From: Caecitellus pseudoparvulus
Lineage: Eukaryota > Protista > Bigyra: Bicosoecida
Direction: 5' to 3'
Assembly (NCBI GenBank): GCA_965644315.1
Contig: CBFFRQ010000151.1
Location: 1 to 33,466 of the forward strand
Length of the DNA stretch: 33,466 nt
Made by a program: the position numbers and the translations under genes. Positions 12,143-22,950 of this stretch are shown here, one piece after another (position 1 is the stretch's first letter; each line of letters begins with the position of its first letter). A model generated the notes under the pieces. The model did not search any database and was not told where the DNA came from. It saw nothing but the letters and a program-made list of their open reading frames with translations.

Positions 12143-15100
12143 ATGCTCTTGAATTCTCGCTCAGCTCTAGCTACGGCTGGCAGGGCACTCAGAGGTGCCG
12201 CCGCCATTGTTTGGCGTGGTGGCGTTTCGTCTGGCAGCGTTTTCATGCCCACTGCCTGTGTTGAGTACACCTCCTCTGCGGAGCACGCCCTGGAAGCCAT
12301 GACAGGCAGTGTTCCGCGACGAGAGTACGCGTCTTGTACAAGGGCGTGGCGCGCGTGGCCGGGCGTGGGAGTAGCACGCTTCAGCAGCACGGCGATGCTG
12401 CCTGAGCCTGACATTGTGCTTACGGCGATGAAAACGCCGGCCGTGCGTGAGCCTGGAGGTCTTCATGCAACCCTGGGTCATCTTGGATTGGAGGAGGCCG
12501 TGAGGTATCTGCCCCCTGAGCTGCCTCGGGTAGGTGCTGCGCGTTTTGTCACGTACTCCTCACAAGTCTTCGCAAGCACTGCCACACTCTTCTTTTCGTT
12601 TGACGCAGGGGTCCTTCCCCGAAACTGCAACAGCCCTGGCGCTGGCTTGCCCTGCACTGCGAGGTTTGCTGCGGGACTTGGATGAGCAGGCTTGGGAGGC
12701 TGCAGCGCGAGAGATGGTGCAGGGCATGGAGAAGCTGTTGTTCGTGCCCGCAAAGGAAATCAACAGTAGCTCCCTCCAAGGCATGTTCAATGTGAAAACA
12801 CAAAGTAATCAGCGGCTATTGTATGGGCTGCTTTCGGATCAAATGAAGCGTGCTGTAGTTGCTGCAGACGCCGCAGCTGCCGCCGCCAAGAAGAGAGCCG
12901 AGGAGAAGGAGGCTGCCGCCAAGAAGAGAGCAGAGGAGAAGGAGGCTGCCGCGAAGAAGAGAGCCGAAGACGAGGCCACGTGGGCTTCCGCGCTGTCCTC
13001 TGCAGGTGTCTCGAATACGGTGTTTCCGCTGCGGGAAGTTCTGCTCGACAGTGCGGCTGGGCAGGAGTTCGTGCCAGAGACCAGCCACCGCCAGGCGTTG
13101 CGGCATGTGCTGGGTTGGAAGCTTGGCCTCGGGGAAGCGATGCTGGAAGGAAAGAAGGAAGTATTGGATTGGTTTGAGAGGGCCAAGGCTGCACTGCAGA
13201 GGGAGCACGTGGGACGAGCGGGCGATGCAGGTGGTGCAGCAGGAAGCGAAGGCGCGTCGCAGCACGCCATGGACATCACTGGATTGAACCCTGTGATTGA
13301 CAAAAACGGGGAGGTTGTGGCTTTTGCAACAAGGTTCCTTCCACCTGTGGGCAGCGAAGCTCTCGAGCCGAAAGACTTCCAGCAAGAGTATGGCATCTGC
13401 GTGGCGGCAGACGAGGAGGCAGCGCCGTCCTTGTTCCCGCTGACGCATGGGCCAAGCGCACGAGACTTTGTTCACATTTGCACCGTGCGGCCCCGTCTAG
13501 ACGGTACGCTGGAGCAGCTGCCGCGAGAAGCAGTCCGCACTGTGAGTATCGTGTGGACGCCAGAGCGCATTGCTTTCCTCGCAAGCTGCGCGGAAGCGCT
13601 GAAGAGAAAGCGCCCAGGTCATTTGTTGACAGGGGTGCATGGATGCGGGAAGAGCACCACTCTGGCAGCGCTGGTCAGCATCGCGGCTGTGGGCGCTGGG
13701 GCTGACGTGCTGTATGTACGGGATGGCGGTGCTTTTGTTGGCAGTGAAGTTGACACACTGCTGCAAGGACTAAGCACGAGCGCAGGGGACAATCTGAGCG
13801 GCGATGTGCTGCATGACCGCATGTGGCCGCTGCTGGGCCCTCAGGAACTGCCTCCAAGGGTATTCATGAATGCCATGACCAAGTTGTTCGGTGTCGCGAG
13901 CCAACATGGGCCCCGAAAGAGTCGCCGCTTGGTTGTGGTGGATGAGGTGAACAATTTGTACCGAAAGGTGAAGGATGCAAAGCCATTAACTTTGCAAGAG
14001 AAGCTTCGAGATTGGTGCGATTGGTCCGGCTTTAATCAAGCAGTGGGTACGATGCGTGTGCTGGCAAGCTCCCCAGACACAATTTTAGGGGAAACGATCA
14101 AGAGCCAATTTTCGGAGGTTTTCTACGAGCTGGGGCCAACCACGACAAAGACCATGATGGCAGTGCTCTTCAGTGGGGTCGATGCAGAGCTGTCGCTGCC
14201 AAGCGCAGGGCACGCTGGAGTGGGCGGTGGGCCTGCGATTCCAACGGAGCATGAGGTGTGGGAAATGCTGCAGTACCTTGGCAATGTGCCACGCTTTATT
14301 CGGCAGTACTGTGACGATTTGAAGCGCATGGGGCACAAAGATGCCCTACAGCGAACTTTTTACAAGCTATCGGGTGAGCTCCGGAGGCGCCTCGAGCGAC
14401 AGCTTCGTGACAACAGCACAGAGGTGACGCTTACCTGGTCCACCATTGCGGCAGCGACCTGGGGATTGCACATGGGGGATGCACTTGATGGGCTGGTGAA
14501 TGCTTCCATGGTGTCTCGGGTTAATGTTGCAGACGAAGAGGTGGCAAATAACGCTGTGTTTGTGTCGTTGGCCGCAAGGCATGCCCTCCTGCAGGTGTTG
14601 CTGTCACGTACTTATGGGAGGACGGATGGGCAGCGATTGTCGAAACTGTTGGGAGGGGTTCATTCCACGGAGAGTGAATTTGAGAGCGACATTGTCGCAC
14701 TCTTGTCGTTGGGTGCGTGCGGACACCGTGCTTTGGCGGTGGGCCAAGCATTTCTTCCTGAGAATGTGAAGCAACTCATGGAGTACCCTCAGAACGAGAA
14801 CTCCCTGGACTTGGTGAAGGTGGTGTCGCCTGCATCGGTCACGAACGGTCCTCGTTTGTCACAGCTGATGAGAGTCTTGGGACTGAAGGAGGCGGATGCG
14901 CCACGAGTTGGCGAAGTTCCCCCAAGCCAGCTCGCGCTGGACAGCTCTGTGGTGCCGGCAGATGTGTTGTCATCCTTGCACGGCATGAAGGCAGGTGATG
15001 CATGGGTGATCCAGACGTGGAAGAACAGCCCTGGCGTGGACGCTTTGCTGGTGCATCATGACAAAGAGGTCAAACACGCCGTGTTCGTAGAGGTAACTTC

Positions 15101-15710
15101 CTCCAACCTGTACGCCCACGCATCAGGAAAGGGAAAACCCTCAGATGTGCCCCCTGGCTTGCGCGACATTGCACAGGTGGCGCTCTCAAAACGGTCACAC
15201 CTCGAGGCTATCAAGGGTGGAAACGTGAGATTGTTGCACACTGGCGGCAGCGAAAACGCGCCCGCATCAGACGCTGGGGATGAAGAGGGCTCTGAGGGGG
15301 GCATGTCTGTTGTGAACTCCTGGTTAGAACTGCTGAAGGCAGACGTGCGGGTTAAGGCAGAGCAAGTATCCGTTGGCGGTGTAAGTGGTGCTAGGCAAGG
15401 AGCTGGCGGCAAGAAGGGCAGCGTTGTTGACAAGTACAGGAAGCTCAGGGTGACGGCAGAGCCAGTGGATGGAGTTAGCAAGCCAGAGTGGCGGGTGCAC
15501 ATGCTGTACGTCACTAACACAGGCCTTGTAGACAACGAGCGGTACTTGAACCAATGCGCGAAGTACCTTGACTCCCCGCTGGTGCATGCGATGGTGGGTA
15601 GCGACTTCGTGCCTGTGCCTGCGCCAACTGCTGAGAAAATCACGGTGTTTCCAGATGTGTTTGACTCTGACTCAAGTGATGCCGGTGAACCAAGTGAACC
15701 CATTGGCTGA
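12143..15710 (+). CDS. Crinkler/RHS-type P-loop NTPase plus restriction-endonuclease-fold protein; exons 12143-12529 and 12609-15710, 1162 aa
   Basis: Walker A LLTGVHGCGKST, Walker B LVVVDEVN, GNVPR motif and a C-terminal PGVDALL...FVEVT nuclease-like motif. A phase-0 intron joins the two ORFs in frame. Confidence 0.75.
12530..12608 (+). other. Spliceosomal intron (79 nt)
   Basis: GTAGGT donor, pyrimidine tract and TGACGCAG acceptor. Removal gives ...LPPELPR|GSFPETA... in frame. Confidence 0.75.
12879..12974 (+). repeat. Coding 33-bp minisatellite, 3 copies (AAAKKRAEEKE, coiled-coil-like)
   Basis: Direct repeats visible in DNA and protein. Confidence 0.9.
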
Positions 15711-15929
15711 AGTGACTGAGGTGTGTAAATGCCTCTCGGCAAGGCTTCCATGTGCCAGACAAAAGACTGCCAAGGAGCGTGGCTTGCATAGTTTTCGCCC
15801 CGCGATATTTCTTGCCAGGTTTGTGGAGGTTTGCTTGGCAGGACGGTGCCTTCCCATATCGAGGCTTGGGCGCCATTGGAGCTCATCAAACAATCAAGTC
15901 GCGAGACACCCACAAGCTGTGAGACGACA

Positions 15930-16310
15930 ATGAACTCGCGAAAAAAATTTCACCCGTGGGACGCTTTGCCTTCTTCAACAGTGCTCTGCAGCGGCAAGCG
16001 CTGCGGTTGTGATTTAGCAACCAACGATTTTGTGCAGCCTGGCGCTGAGAGGGGCAGGAGCAAGAGAATTAGACCCGTAAGCCTGAGCCCTTCTATGTTA
16101 TTTTTGACCAGGAAGTCTCATTCGTGCCGTCACTCAGCGACAGGCAGCCAGGGGGCCGTGCAGTGCGGCAAACCGTGCTGCGGAAATCGGTTGTGTTTGC
16201 CATGCATGCCGGCGTCAATTCTGGAGAAGCTGGCCCAAGGTGGGGGTGGTTTTTGAAGCCAGAGGATTAACACCATAGATACATAGTCTACTTTGAAGTG
16301 TGAAGGCTGA
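15930..16310 (+). pseudogene. Cys-rich (zinc-finger-like) coding fragment
   Basis: CSGKRC...CRH...CGKPCCGNRLCLPC; exon structure unresolved. Confidence 0.25.
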
Positions 16311-16538
16311 AAATCTTCCCTGATGCCGCTGTTGCGTGGGAAGTTCGCCGCTGCCGTGGAGAAGGCTAGCAGGTGTGGCGCTGGCGGCATACTGACCAAG
16401 TTGCAGGCAGGTGAGCATATCCTCATCGCTACCTGCTCATGGCAGGATGTACGCTTTTATTGGGTCTTTCTCCTGCCTATCCTGCCGCCATTGACAAGTG
16501 AGTGCTGTTCGAGAGGTGTTGGTGTTTGGATTTCTTGA

Positions 16539-17492
16539 GTGTGCCTGTGGAGGAAGTGGGAGTGCCTGCACGCCTGCGGGCTTTGTGTGAAGCCATCGAC
16601 TTCACCATGGGCCATGTTCGACATTCACGGCATTGCAACGTCAATGGCTGACGATGAGCACTGCGGCGGCAGCGTTGTGCCACACCTCATCGTGCCGCAC
16701 CCGATGTGGTCTGTGGCCACTCTGGAAGGCACCACTGCCGCCGCCTTCATCCGTACCTCGTCTTGGGATGAGGAGCACGCCTGTTTGCGCCTCGTTACAG
16801 GCAACTCCCGAGGCTCTGTGCGCGTGTGGCAGGTGAATGCCGGCCTGCAAGACATCCAAGAGCTGGGCCACGGCGTGCAGACAGAGGGCGAAGCAGTCAA
16901 GTCTCTGTGCCGTGCTGAGCGGGAGACGTATGAGGCGCGGTCAGCGGCTCTGGTGGGCATTGGCAAGGTCGGTGTCTGCGTGTGGGGCATCTCCAACGAC
17001 CATGTGGAGGGCGACTTCGCTCCTCTGGAAGTGCACGATTCGGCCGCAGATGTTGCAGATTCATGCGAGAGCGACTTGCCGGGGTTCTTTGGGGAGATGA
17101 GCATGCCGCCTGGCGAAGGGTACGAGCCCGTTCCCGTCAGGATGGAGAAGCTGGACATCCCGTTGACGGGTGAAGACGGCGATTGCTTCATGGATGCTCG
17201 AACGCTCGTCCAAAGCACGAAGCGAAATCCCACGGAGGAGGAGCCACCCGTTTTCGTGCAGACTGCATCTAAGTCTATTGTGCCGTGGCGACTGACCCAG
17301 CTGGATGCCGAGCCGATGGGCGCCACGACGGAGTGGCTGAAGTCGGCCAAGTTTCAGACTGCAAAGCTGCTTCCAGGGCGCCCGAACAACTTCACAGCGC
17401 ACTGGCCCCTCGTGGATCCAGATACCGGCGACTACGACACGAAGTACTTGCTCACTGCTGGGCTGGAGATCTATGTATTCCACTCCTTTCCT
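16539..17492 (+). pseudogene. WD40/beta-propeller-like gene truncated at a telomeric tract
   Basis: Open frame with LVTGNSRGSVRVWQV and VCVWGI blade-like motifs. It runs directly into TTAGGG repeats (translated LGLGLG) at 17493. Start uncertain. Confidence 0.55.
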
Positions 17493-17509
17493 TTAGGGTT
17501 AGGGTTAGG
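17493..17509 (+). repeat. Interstitial telomere remnant TTAGGG TTAGGG TTAGG
   Basis: Same repeat and orientation as the terminal array; sits between the truncated gene and the 3' end of element A. Confidence 0.9.
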
Positions 17510-20500
17510 AATCAATGCATTGCAACCTCTTGTTTTCAACCACACTCACTTCACACTTGCTCCTCGAGAGAAGCGGGCTGCGGCGCTCGCTTGCTCAGTA
17601 CACATATCTTGCACAAAGCATGGTGAGTCACCGTGTGAAATAAGCTTGTTCTTTCAGAACATGGTCATTTAATGTTCTTCGTCGTCATTCAGGCGTTCGG
17701 CGCCTGTTGGGCGAGTTGGGCGCGGGTTTCGGCCTTGGCGTGTTGGGGGGCGCCGCGGCGACCCCGCGCACACCTCGCCACCCCGCGACCCAAAACGGCC
17801 CCGCCGCGCGTTACGACACTGGGAATTTCAGAATAACATCTTAGAATGCACTATCAACCCAAAGCAAGCTTTTATCACTCACTTTCTTGCTCCTCTGCTG
17901 CGCCACCTCGCCCGGGAGTGAGGTGGCTCGGCATGGTCCAGGCGGCAGGCGTGGCGGCCGTGTAGCGGGCTCGCCGCGCGAGGTCCGCAGCGGGCTGCCC
18001 GCGTTCCACGCCTGCGCCTTGAAGTTGAGCTTCTACCACGTGATCAAACACGGCCCCACAGTACCGGATGCACGTTTTCAGGACTTGCGTCCATCCGGGA
18101 GGTGCGGCGACCGCCTCGTGGGGCCAGTAGAAACTTTTGCCGTCAGCGGCACCCCCAGAATTCGGGAGCAACTTTTGCCGCAAGGGCCCAGCAAATGCCT
18201 CCAGTGCTTCAGAGGCTTTCACTGGGTCTTGGTCCAGTAGATGGGTCGAGTTTCGGACTGGAACACGCAGCCGTTCCATGTGTGGCGCCGTGAGGGCAGC
18301 ACAAGTTGCGTGATCCCAGTCCGCACACTCGGGTGCTCCCGTGGGCCACTGACCACACAGGGCGAGCCGCTTCAGCAACGCCCGGGTGTTCTGGCATGAG
18401 ATACGTGTTCCAGTGTCCAGTTGACAGCCAGCCTGCACCGCTGTGTGCAGGCTTTCTGGAATGGTGACGTATCTCAGGGGTGGGTGCCGGAGGGCCTCGG
18501 CCGTCGGCCGCCTCGGCACAGCGGTTGACTTTGCCGCTTCGTCACAGTCCTGCATGTTCTGCGCTGCCTCTCGGAAGAACGCTAGACGTTCTAGAGATAC
18601 TGAAGGGCAGTCCAGCAGAATGTGGTCTAAAATGAACTCCGCATCGCGTATTTCGGGGTCCAGACAGAGAGGACATGCGATATACGGTGTCAGGGCAGCA
18701 CCCGGATGCAGGAGCTGCTGTGTCTGCAGCATGAACACCTTCGGCAACGGGCTTCTGTCAGGGTGACAGGCAGTCCAGGCGCTACAGGGAACACTTGGAA
18801 TCGGATGCAGTTCCGCGTGTGTTCGCGCTCGGACGTCCAAATGGTGAGGCCTCGGCGAGAGCGTCGGATTCACTCTTTTGTCGCCTATTTCTCCCCGAGG
18901 CGAGTGGCCCGGGTACTCAGCAGGTAGGAACATGGTCTCCCGGTACATGTCTGTTCTTTGCGTCCGTGCAATGAACATGTACGACTCCAGGAGGTCCAAA
19001 CGCTGCCTCAACGTGAGAGTGGCTGGGAAGTCAACGGACCTGTCAAACCTCGCACAGGCCACAGGAACACTCATTGCGACGAACAACTTCGGGCCGTTCT
19101 GGGCCGTGTTCTTGGGCAGCTTTAAGGCCTTTTGGAGAGATCGCATCTCTTCGTGTAGGGCCGTGGTGTCCCGATTTCCGCTCAAATCGTGCCACCTCGC
19201 GGCCATGTCCAGAACGCCGAACACACCTTCGTGGTACCCCAACAGGCGCAACTCAAGTAGGGGTCTGACCGCCCACGGAGTGCCTGTACCGTAAAAGGTG
19301 TGTTTCGAGGCCGCTACGTCTTCCAAAAGGAGGGCCGAAGGGACCATCTCGTCCGGGACGTCCGCGACCATCGTTCGGCCCTGCCACACGCTCACCATCA
19401 GGATCTTGAAAGCAGGCGAATCCACCACAGCCTGCTTAAGTGTCCGGACTATGAAACCAATGCGACTTCGCATCGTGCGCATGTGTGTCAGAGGAATACC
19501 AGCCGCTGCAAGGACCGCGCCGTGTTGGACGCGCATCGGATGAAGCTGAAATCCGAACACGGATTTGTCCAGAACACTGCCAACGGCATTGTCGCACATG
19601 CGGTTGGGCATGAGCGAGTGTTTGCCAGTGATTGCCAGTGTGTAGTCCGCTGCAGCGACCACTGAGGTCCTCAAAAGGCGGTGCGCTGCCGACGGGGCGA
19701 GCCATTCAGCCGCAGAAATCGCCACAGAAGAATGCCCAGCCATGCTCAGGGTGGTTGCGGCATGTCGACAAGTCGCTTTATGCTGTGTGTAAAGCTTGGC
19801 TTGTAACGGTGTTCCTAAGTACTCGTACTCGGCGACGAGAGGAATCCGCTTTCCGTCGACGGTTAGCGCCTGTGACTCCGCAGCAAGGCGTTTCTTCGAT
19901 CTGACGACAAGCATCTGGACTCGGCCCATGCGATAGGAAAGAAGCGGGGATGATCGCATGATCATGATGGCCGACTTGGAGGCGTTGACTCTGAGCCCAA
20001 GCAGCGCCCCGACCCGCCTGACGATGGTGATCGCACGGATCACGGCGTCCGCGCTGTCTACGACGAGTCCCAGGTCGTCTGCGTACAGCGCGTGGCTGAA
20101 TCGGGGTCCAGTGTGGACTGGGTCCCCCTTTGAATGCAGTAGCTTGACCCCCAGTGTCGGTTTTTCCCCCTCTCCCTCCCCGGGAATGTGGTTCAAGGAC
20201 AGCGCACGGGACACCAGGTCGACCGCGATCTTGAATAGAAGGGGCGAGAGGACGCTCCCTTGCGCTACGCCACTGGTCGCATGGATAGCCTCGGTCATGC
20301 CGTGTTCCGTGTCGATGCAGACGCTGGCGTTCTCGATGAAATCCACGAGGAGTCGCCTGGTGGTGCGGTCCAGCGGCAGGTGGTCCAACAGCACGCGCAG
20401 GGCCCTGTGATCAACGGAGTCGAAAGCCTTTCGAAAGTCGATGAAAACGGCAAAAACGGCCAATGGAGGGCTGTTCTTGGGTCTAATGTCCCGGGAACAC

Positions 20501-22331
20501 GTCGCGGTCGCTGTTCTCAGTGCTGTTCTTGGTCCTTCGAGCATCGCAAAAACGTGCTCGTGGCACCCGCGGCCTCTGGAGAACCCTGCTTGCTGCGGAG
20601 TGATGAGGCCTTGGACGGCTTGTTCCAGCCTGAATGCAAGAACACTGTTCACCAGCTTGCTCAGCGGGCTCCGGCACACGATCAGCCGGTAGGTCGACGC
20701 GACCCCGGGGGTCTGACCCTTCTTTGCGAGCAGTACTCCCTTGCCGTGGTGCAGCTCCCGTGGCAGGAGACCGTCTTCCTTCACCAGGTGCTGTAGCGTC
20801 TCTGCGAGGCATCTCAGAACATCCGGGCCTGCGTAGGCCCAGTGTTCGGCCTTGAGTTCCGACAGACCACTGCTGCGGTGTTTCCGCAGTGACTTGGTCG
20901 CTCTGAGGACCGCCTCAAAGTTGAAGATTTTCGGCTCTTCAGAGGCTCCCGAGTCACTCCCTGCGGAAATTGGAGGCAGCAGACCCTCAAAGTGGGCTGC
21001 ACTGAGTCCGTCCAAGTCGGTACTGGGTGGCTGTGCTATCACAGATCTCATCTGAGAATGCAAGATTTTCACCACCTGGGCCGGCTCGGTCACCGCCTGG
21101 CCGGCCTGCAGCGCGAGGCCAGTTGGCGCCAGGCCTCCGGCTCTTCGACCCAGCGCACGGCAGATGAGTTGATGCGCCGTGAAAGGGTGCTCCTTGGCGA
21201 GCATGTTGATATGCTTCCTTAGCCTGGAGGCGGTCTCCTTCTTAAAATCGGCCTTCGCGCGAGCCACCTCGTTGTGAGCCGCCCTGCAGCGCAGGGTCGA
21301 TTCTCGGAGACTAACTTCTAAACTAGAGATCGCCAGGGCACGCCGCCTTGCAACCGAGTCACCTGAAGGGTGTTCTTCCAGATGGTGTGTTCGGAGTCGT
21401 CTCAACTTGCGCCGGAGTCTCCGGACCTCTGCAACTTTTTGGTTGCGTTTGCGGCGGGCCGGCCGCAGGCCATGGTCGGCCCTGGAACTCCTGCCCCTGG
21501 CGAAGACAGCGCATGCCGCTTTGTGCAGGACTCGGCCGATGTGACCCAAGGAGGGTGGTATGTGCGGTGTTCCGGCCCGTGGCCCCTGGGTGTTCTTGGC
21601 ACTCTGGGCCAGCCTATCGCCAGCATGACTGGCGTACTGGGTGACCCGGGTGGAGGTTTGGAACACACCGGGGTCTTCGAATGGGGCCACCGGCCTGCGA
21701 GTGTTCCGTGTTCGGCCTGGGGGGGCTGTGGCACCGTGCAGCGTGACCGTACAATGCACCAAAGCGTGGTCCGAGAGGAGCAGGTCCTGTGGGGACCTGG
21801 CGTCGCCCGTGCTGAAGGTGGTCACCACTCTTCCGTGTTCCGCGCGTTCGTACACGGGCCTGGACAGGCATATGTGGTCCAGGCACCGTCCGTACTTCAT
21901 GTGGGTCGCGTTTCCTGACCCCGGACTCGGCAAGAGACCGTGCTGGTGGGTCCATCTGTCGAAGGATCCGACGTCGGATGCCGGCTTCTTCGGTGTTCCA
22001 GGACAGGACCACCCCATCCGCTCCCAGAACTGCATCCCCCCTGTTCCGGGATGGCAGTTGAAGTCGCCAAGGAACGCCAGCTGGTGGGTGGGGCCGTAGC
22101 GGCTCGCCAAGAGCTCGAGGCCAGCCCAGACTTCGGCCCGGTCTGGCAGGGCGCCCGTGTCCACCTGTTCCACGTCCATGTCCCGTGTTCCAGTTGAAGG
22201 TGGAACATCGGGACGGTGGTCCACACCTTGTTCAGGCGGGCTAACTCTCGCGTGCTTCCGCGTGATGCTGTGCGGCCGCAGTACCGGCATGTACACGCCT
22301 ACCACCAGCAGCGGCGGTGACACCGCGTCCT
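17510..22331 (-). mobile_element. Element A: 5'-truncated APE-type non-LTR retrotransposon
   Basis: 3' UTR 17510-17874. The ORF breaks off inside the APE domain at ~22335 (in-frame stops upstream, no WNV motif). Confidence 0.9.
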
Positions 22332-22335
22332 TTAG
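17875..22335 (-). CDS. Partial APE endonuclease + reverse transcriptase + CCHC finger (5'-incomplete)
   Basis: GDFN, LDHI and SDH (APE); YRLI, QAGF, IDFRKAFDSV, GVAQGSVLSPLLF and YADD at 20074-20085 (RT); CPLC...HILLDC. Confidence 0.95.
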   Translation of the reverse strand, partial: LKDAVSPPLLVVGVYMPVLRPHSITRKHARVSPPEQGVDHRPDVPPSTGTRDMDVEQVDTGALPDRAEVWAGLELLASRYGPTHQLAFLGDFNCHPGTGGMQFWERMGWSCPGTPKKPASDVGSFDRWTHQHGLLPSPGSGNATHMKYGRCLDHICLSRPVYERAEHGRVVTTFSTGDARSPQDLLLSDHALVHCTVTLHGATAPPGRTRNTRRPVAPFEDPGVFQTSTRVTQYASHAGDRLAQSAKNTQGPRAGTPHIPPSLGHIGRVLHKAACAVFARGRSSRADHGLRPARRKRNQKVAEVRRLRRKLRRLRTHHLEEHPSGDSVARRRALAISSLEVSLRESTLRCRAAHNEVARAKADFKKETASRLRKHINMLAKEHPFTAHQLICRALGRRAGGLAPTGLALQAGQAVTEPAQVVKILHSQMRSVIAQPPSTDLDGLSAAHFEGLLPPISAGSDSGASEEPKIFNFEAVLRATKSLRKHRSSGLSELKAEHWAYAGPDVLRCLAETLQHLVKEDGLLPRELHHGKGVLLAKKGQTPGVASTYRLIVCRSPLSKLVNSVLAFRLEQAVQGLITPQQAGFSRGRGCHEHVFAMLEGPRTALRTATATCSRDIRPKNSPPLAVFAVFIDFRKAFDSVDHRALRVLLDHLPLDRTTRRLLVDFIENASVCIDTEHGMTEAIHATSGVAQGSVLSPLLFKIAVDLVSRALSLNHIPGEGEGEKPTLGVKLLHSKGDPVHTGPRFSHALYADDLGLVVDSADAVIRAITIVRRVGALLGLRVNASKSAIMIMRSSPLLSYRMGRVQMLVVRSKKRLAAESQALTVDGKRIPLVAEYEYLGTPLQAKLYTQHKATCRHAATTLSMAGHSSVAISAAEWLAPSAAHRLLRTSVVAAADYTLAITGKHSLMPNRMCDNAVGSVLDKSVFGFQLHPMRVQHGAVLAAAGIPLTHMRTMRSRIGFIVRTLKQAVVDSPAFKILMVSVWQGRTMVADVPDEMVPSALLLEDVAASKHTFYGTGTPWAVRPLLELRLLGYHEGVFGVLDMAARWHDLSGNRDTTALHEEMRSLQKALKLPKNTAQNGPKLFVAMSVPVACARFDRSVDFPATLTLRQRLDLLESYMFIARTQRTDMYRETMFLPAEYPGHSPRGEIGDKRVNPTLSPRPHHLDVRARTHAELHPIPSVPCSAWTACHPDRSPLPKVFMLQTQQLLHPGAALTPYIACPLCLDPEIRDAEFILDHILLDCPSVSLERLAFFREAAQNMQDCDEAAKSTAVPRRPTAEALRHPPLRYVTIPESLHTAVQAGCQLDTGTRISCQNTRALLKRLALCGQWPTGAPECADWDHATCAALTAPHMERLRVPVRNSTHLLDQDPVKASEALEAFAGPLRQKLLPNSGGAADGKSFYWPHEAVAAPPGWTQVLKTCIRYCGAVFDHVVEAQLQGAGVERGQPAADLARRARYTAATPAAWTMPSHLTPGRGGAAEEQESE

Positions 22336-22950
22336 CTACTCAATGCATTGCAGATTGCCTCCATGCAGGCTACATCATGGTACAGCTTGGGCTTGGACAT
22401 GTGGTGCCACCTGCGCCACAACAGAATGCAGTGACACAGACACCACGACGGCACCGCTTGCACGGCTTTGCGACTAGCACAGACTCGTGTCCGTTGTATA
22501 AGTCGCCGTCTGTCTTGGCGCTTCAGCGCCCGCCCCGGTGGGATGGTCTTGAGGTGTAGGTCCAGGTCTCGGTCCACTCTTGTCTTGTCCGTCCAGTCCA
22601 GTCTCGTCCGTCTCGGTCCGATGTCCAGGGGTGGAGACCCGACTTGCTTGGCTTGGGTGGCGGTGTGGGCTGGAGGATATGGACTCGACACGGACTGGGT
22701 GTTGCTGAGATGCAAGCACACGACCCAGCCCGGCTGTCCCTTCGGCTCAGGTTTGGGGGCGGCCTCACAGATCTTGCTGCAAGTGCCTTCCCCTTCCACT
22801 GAGCCGAGTCCTGATGTGTTGGTATCGATGTTGGGTTGGTGATGGTGAGGTTGGGTTGGACTTTCCAATGTCCGATGTCAGCTATGTGCGTCGGTCGCGA
22901 CACAAAGCTTCAGTCATGTGTGGCACAGGGAGTATGCCCCCACAGGTGAC

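Noticed and set aside
17510-17672. C-terminus of the 377-aa ORF 16539-17672
   Set aside because: It is read-through across the telomere remnant into the antisense 3' UTR of element A.
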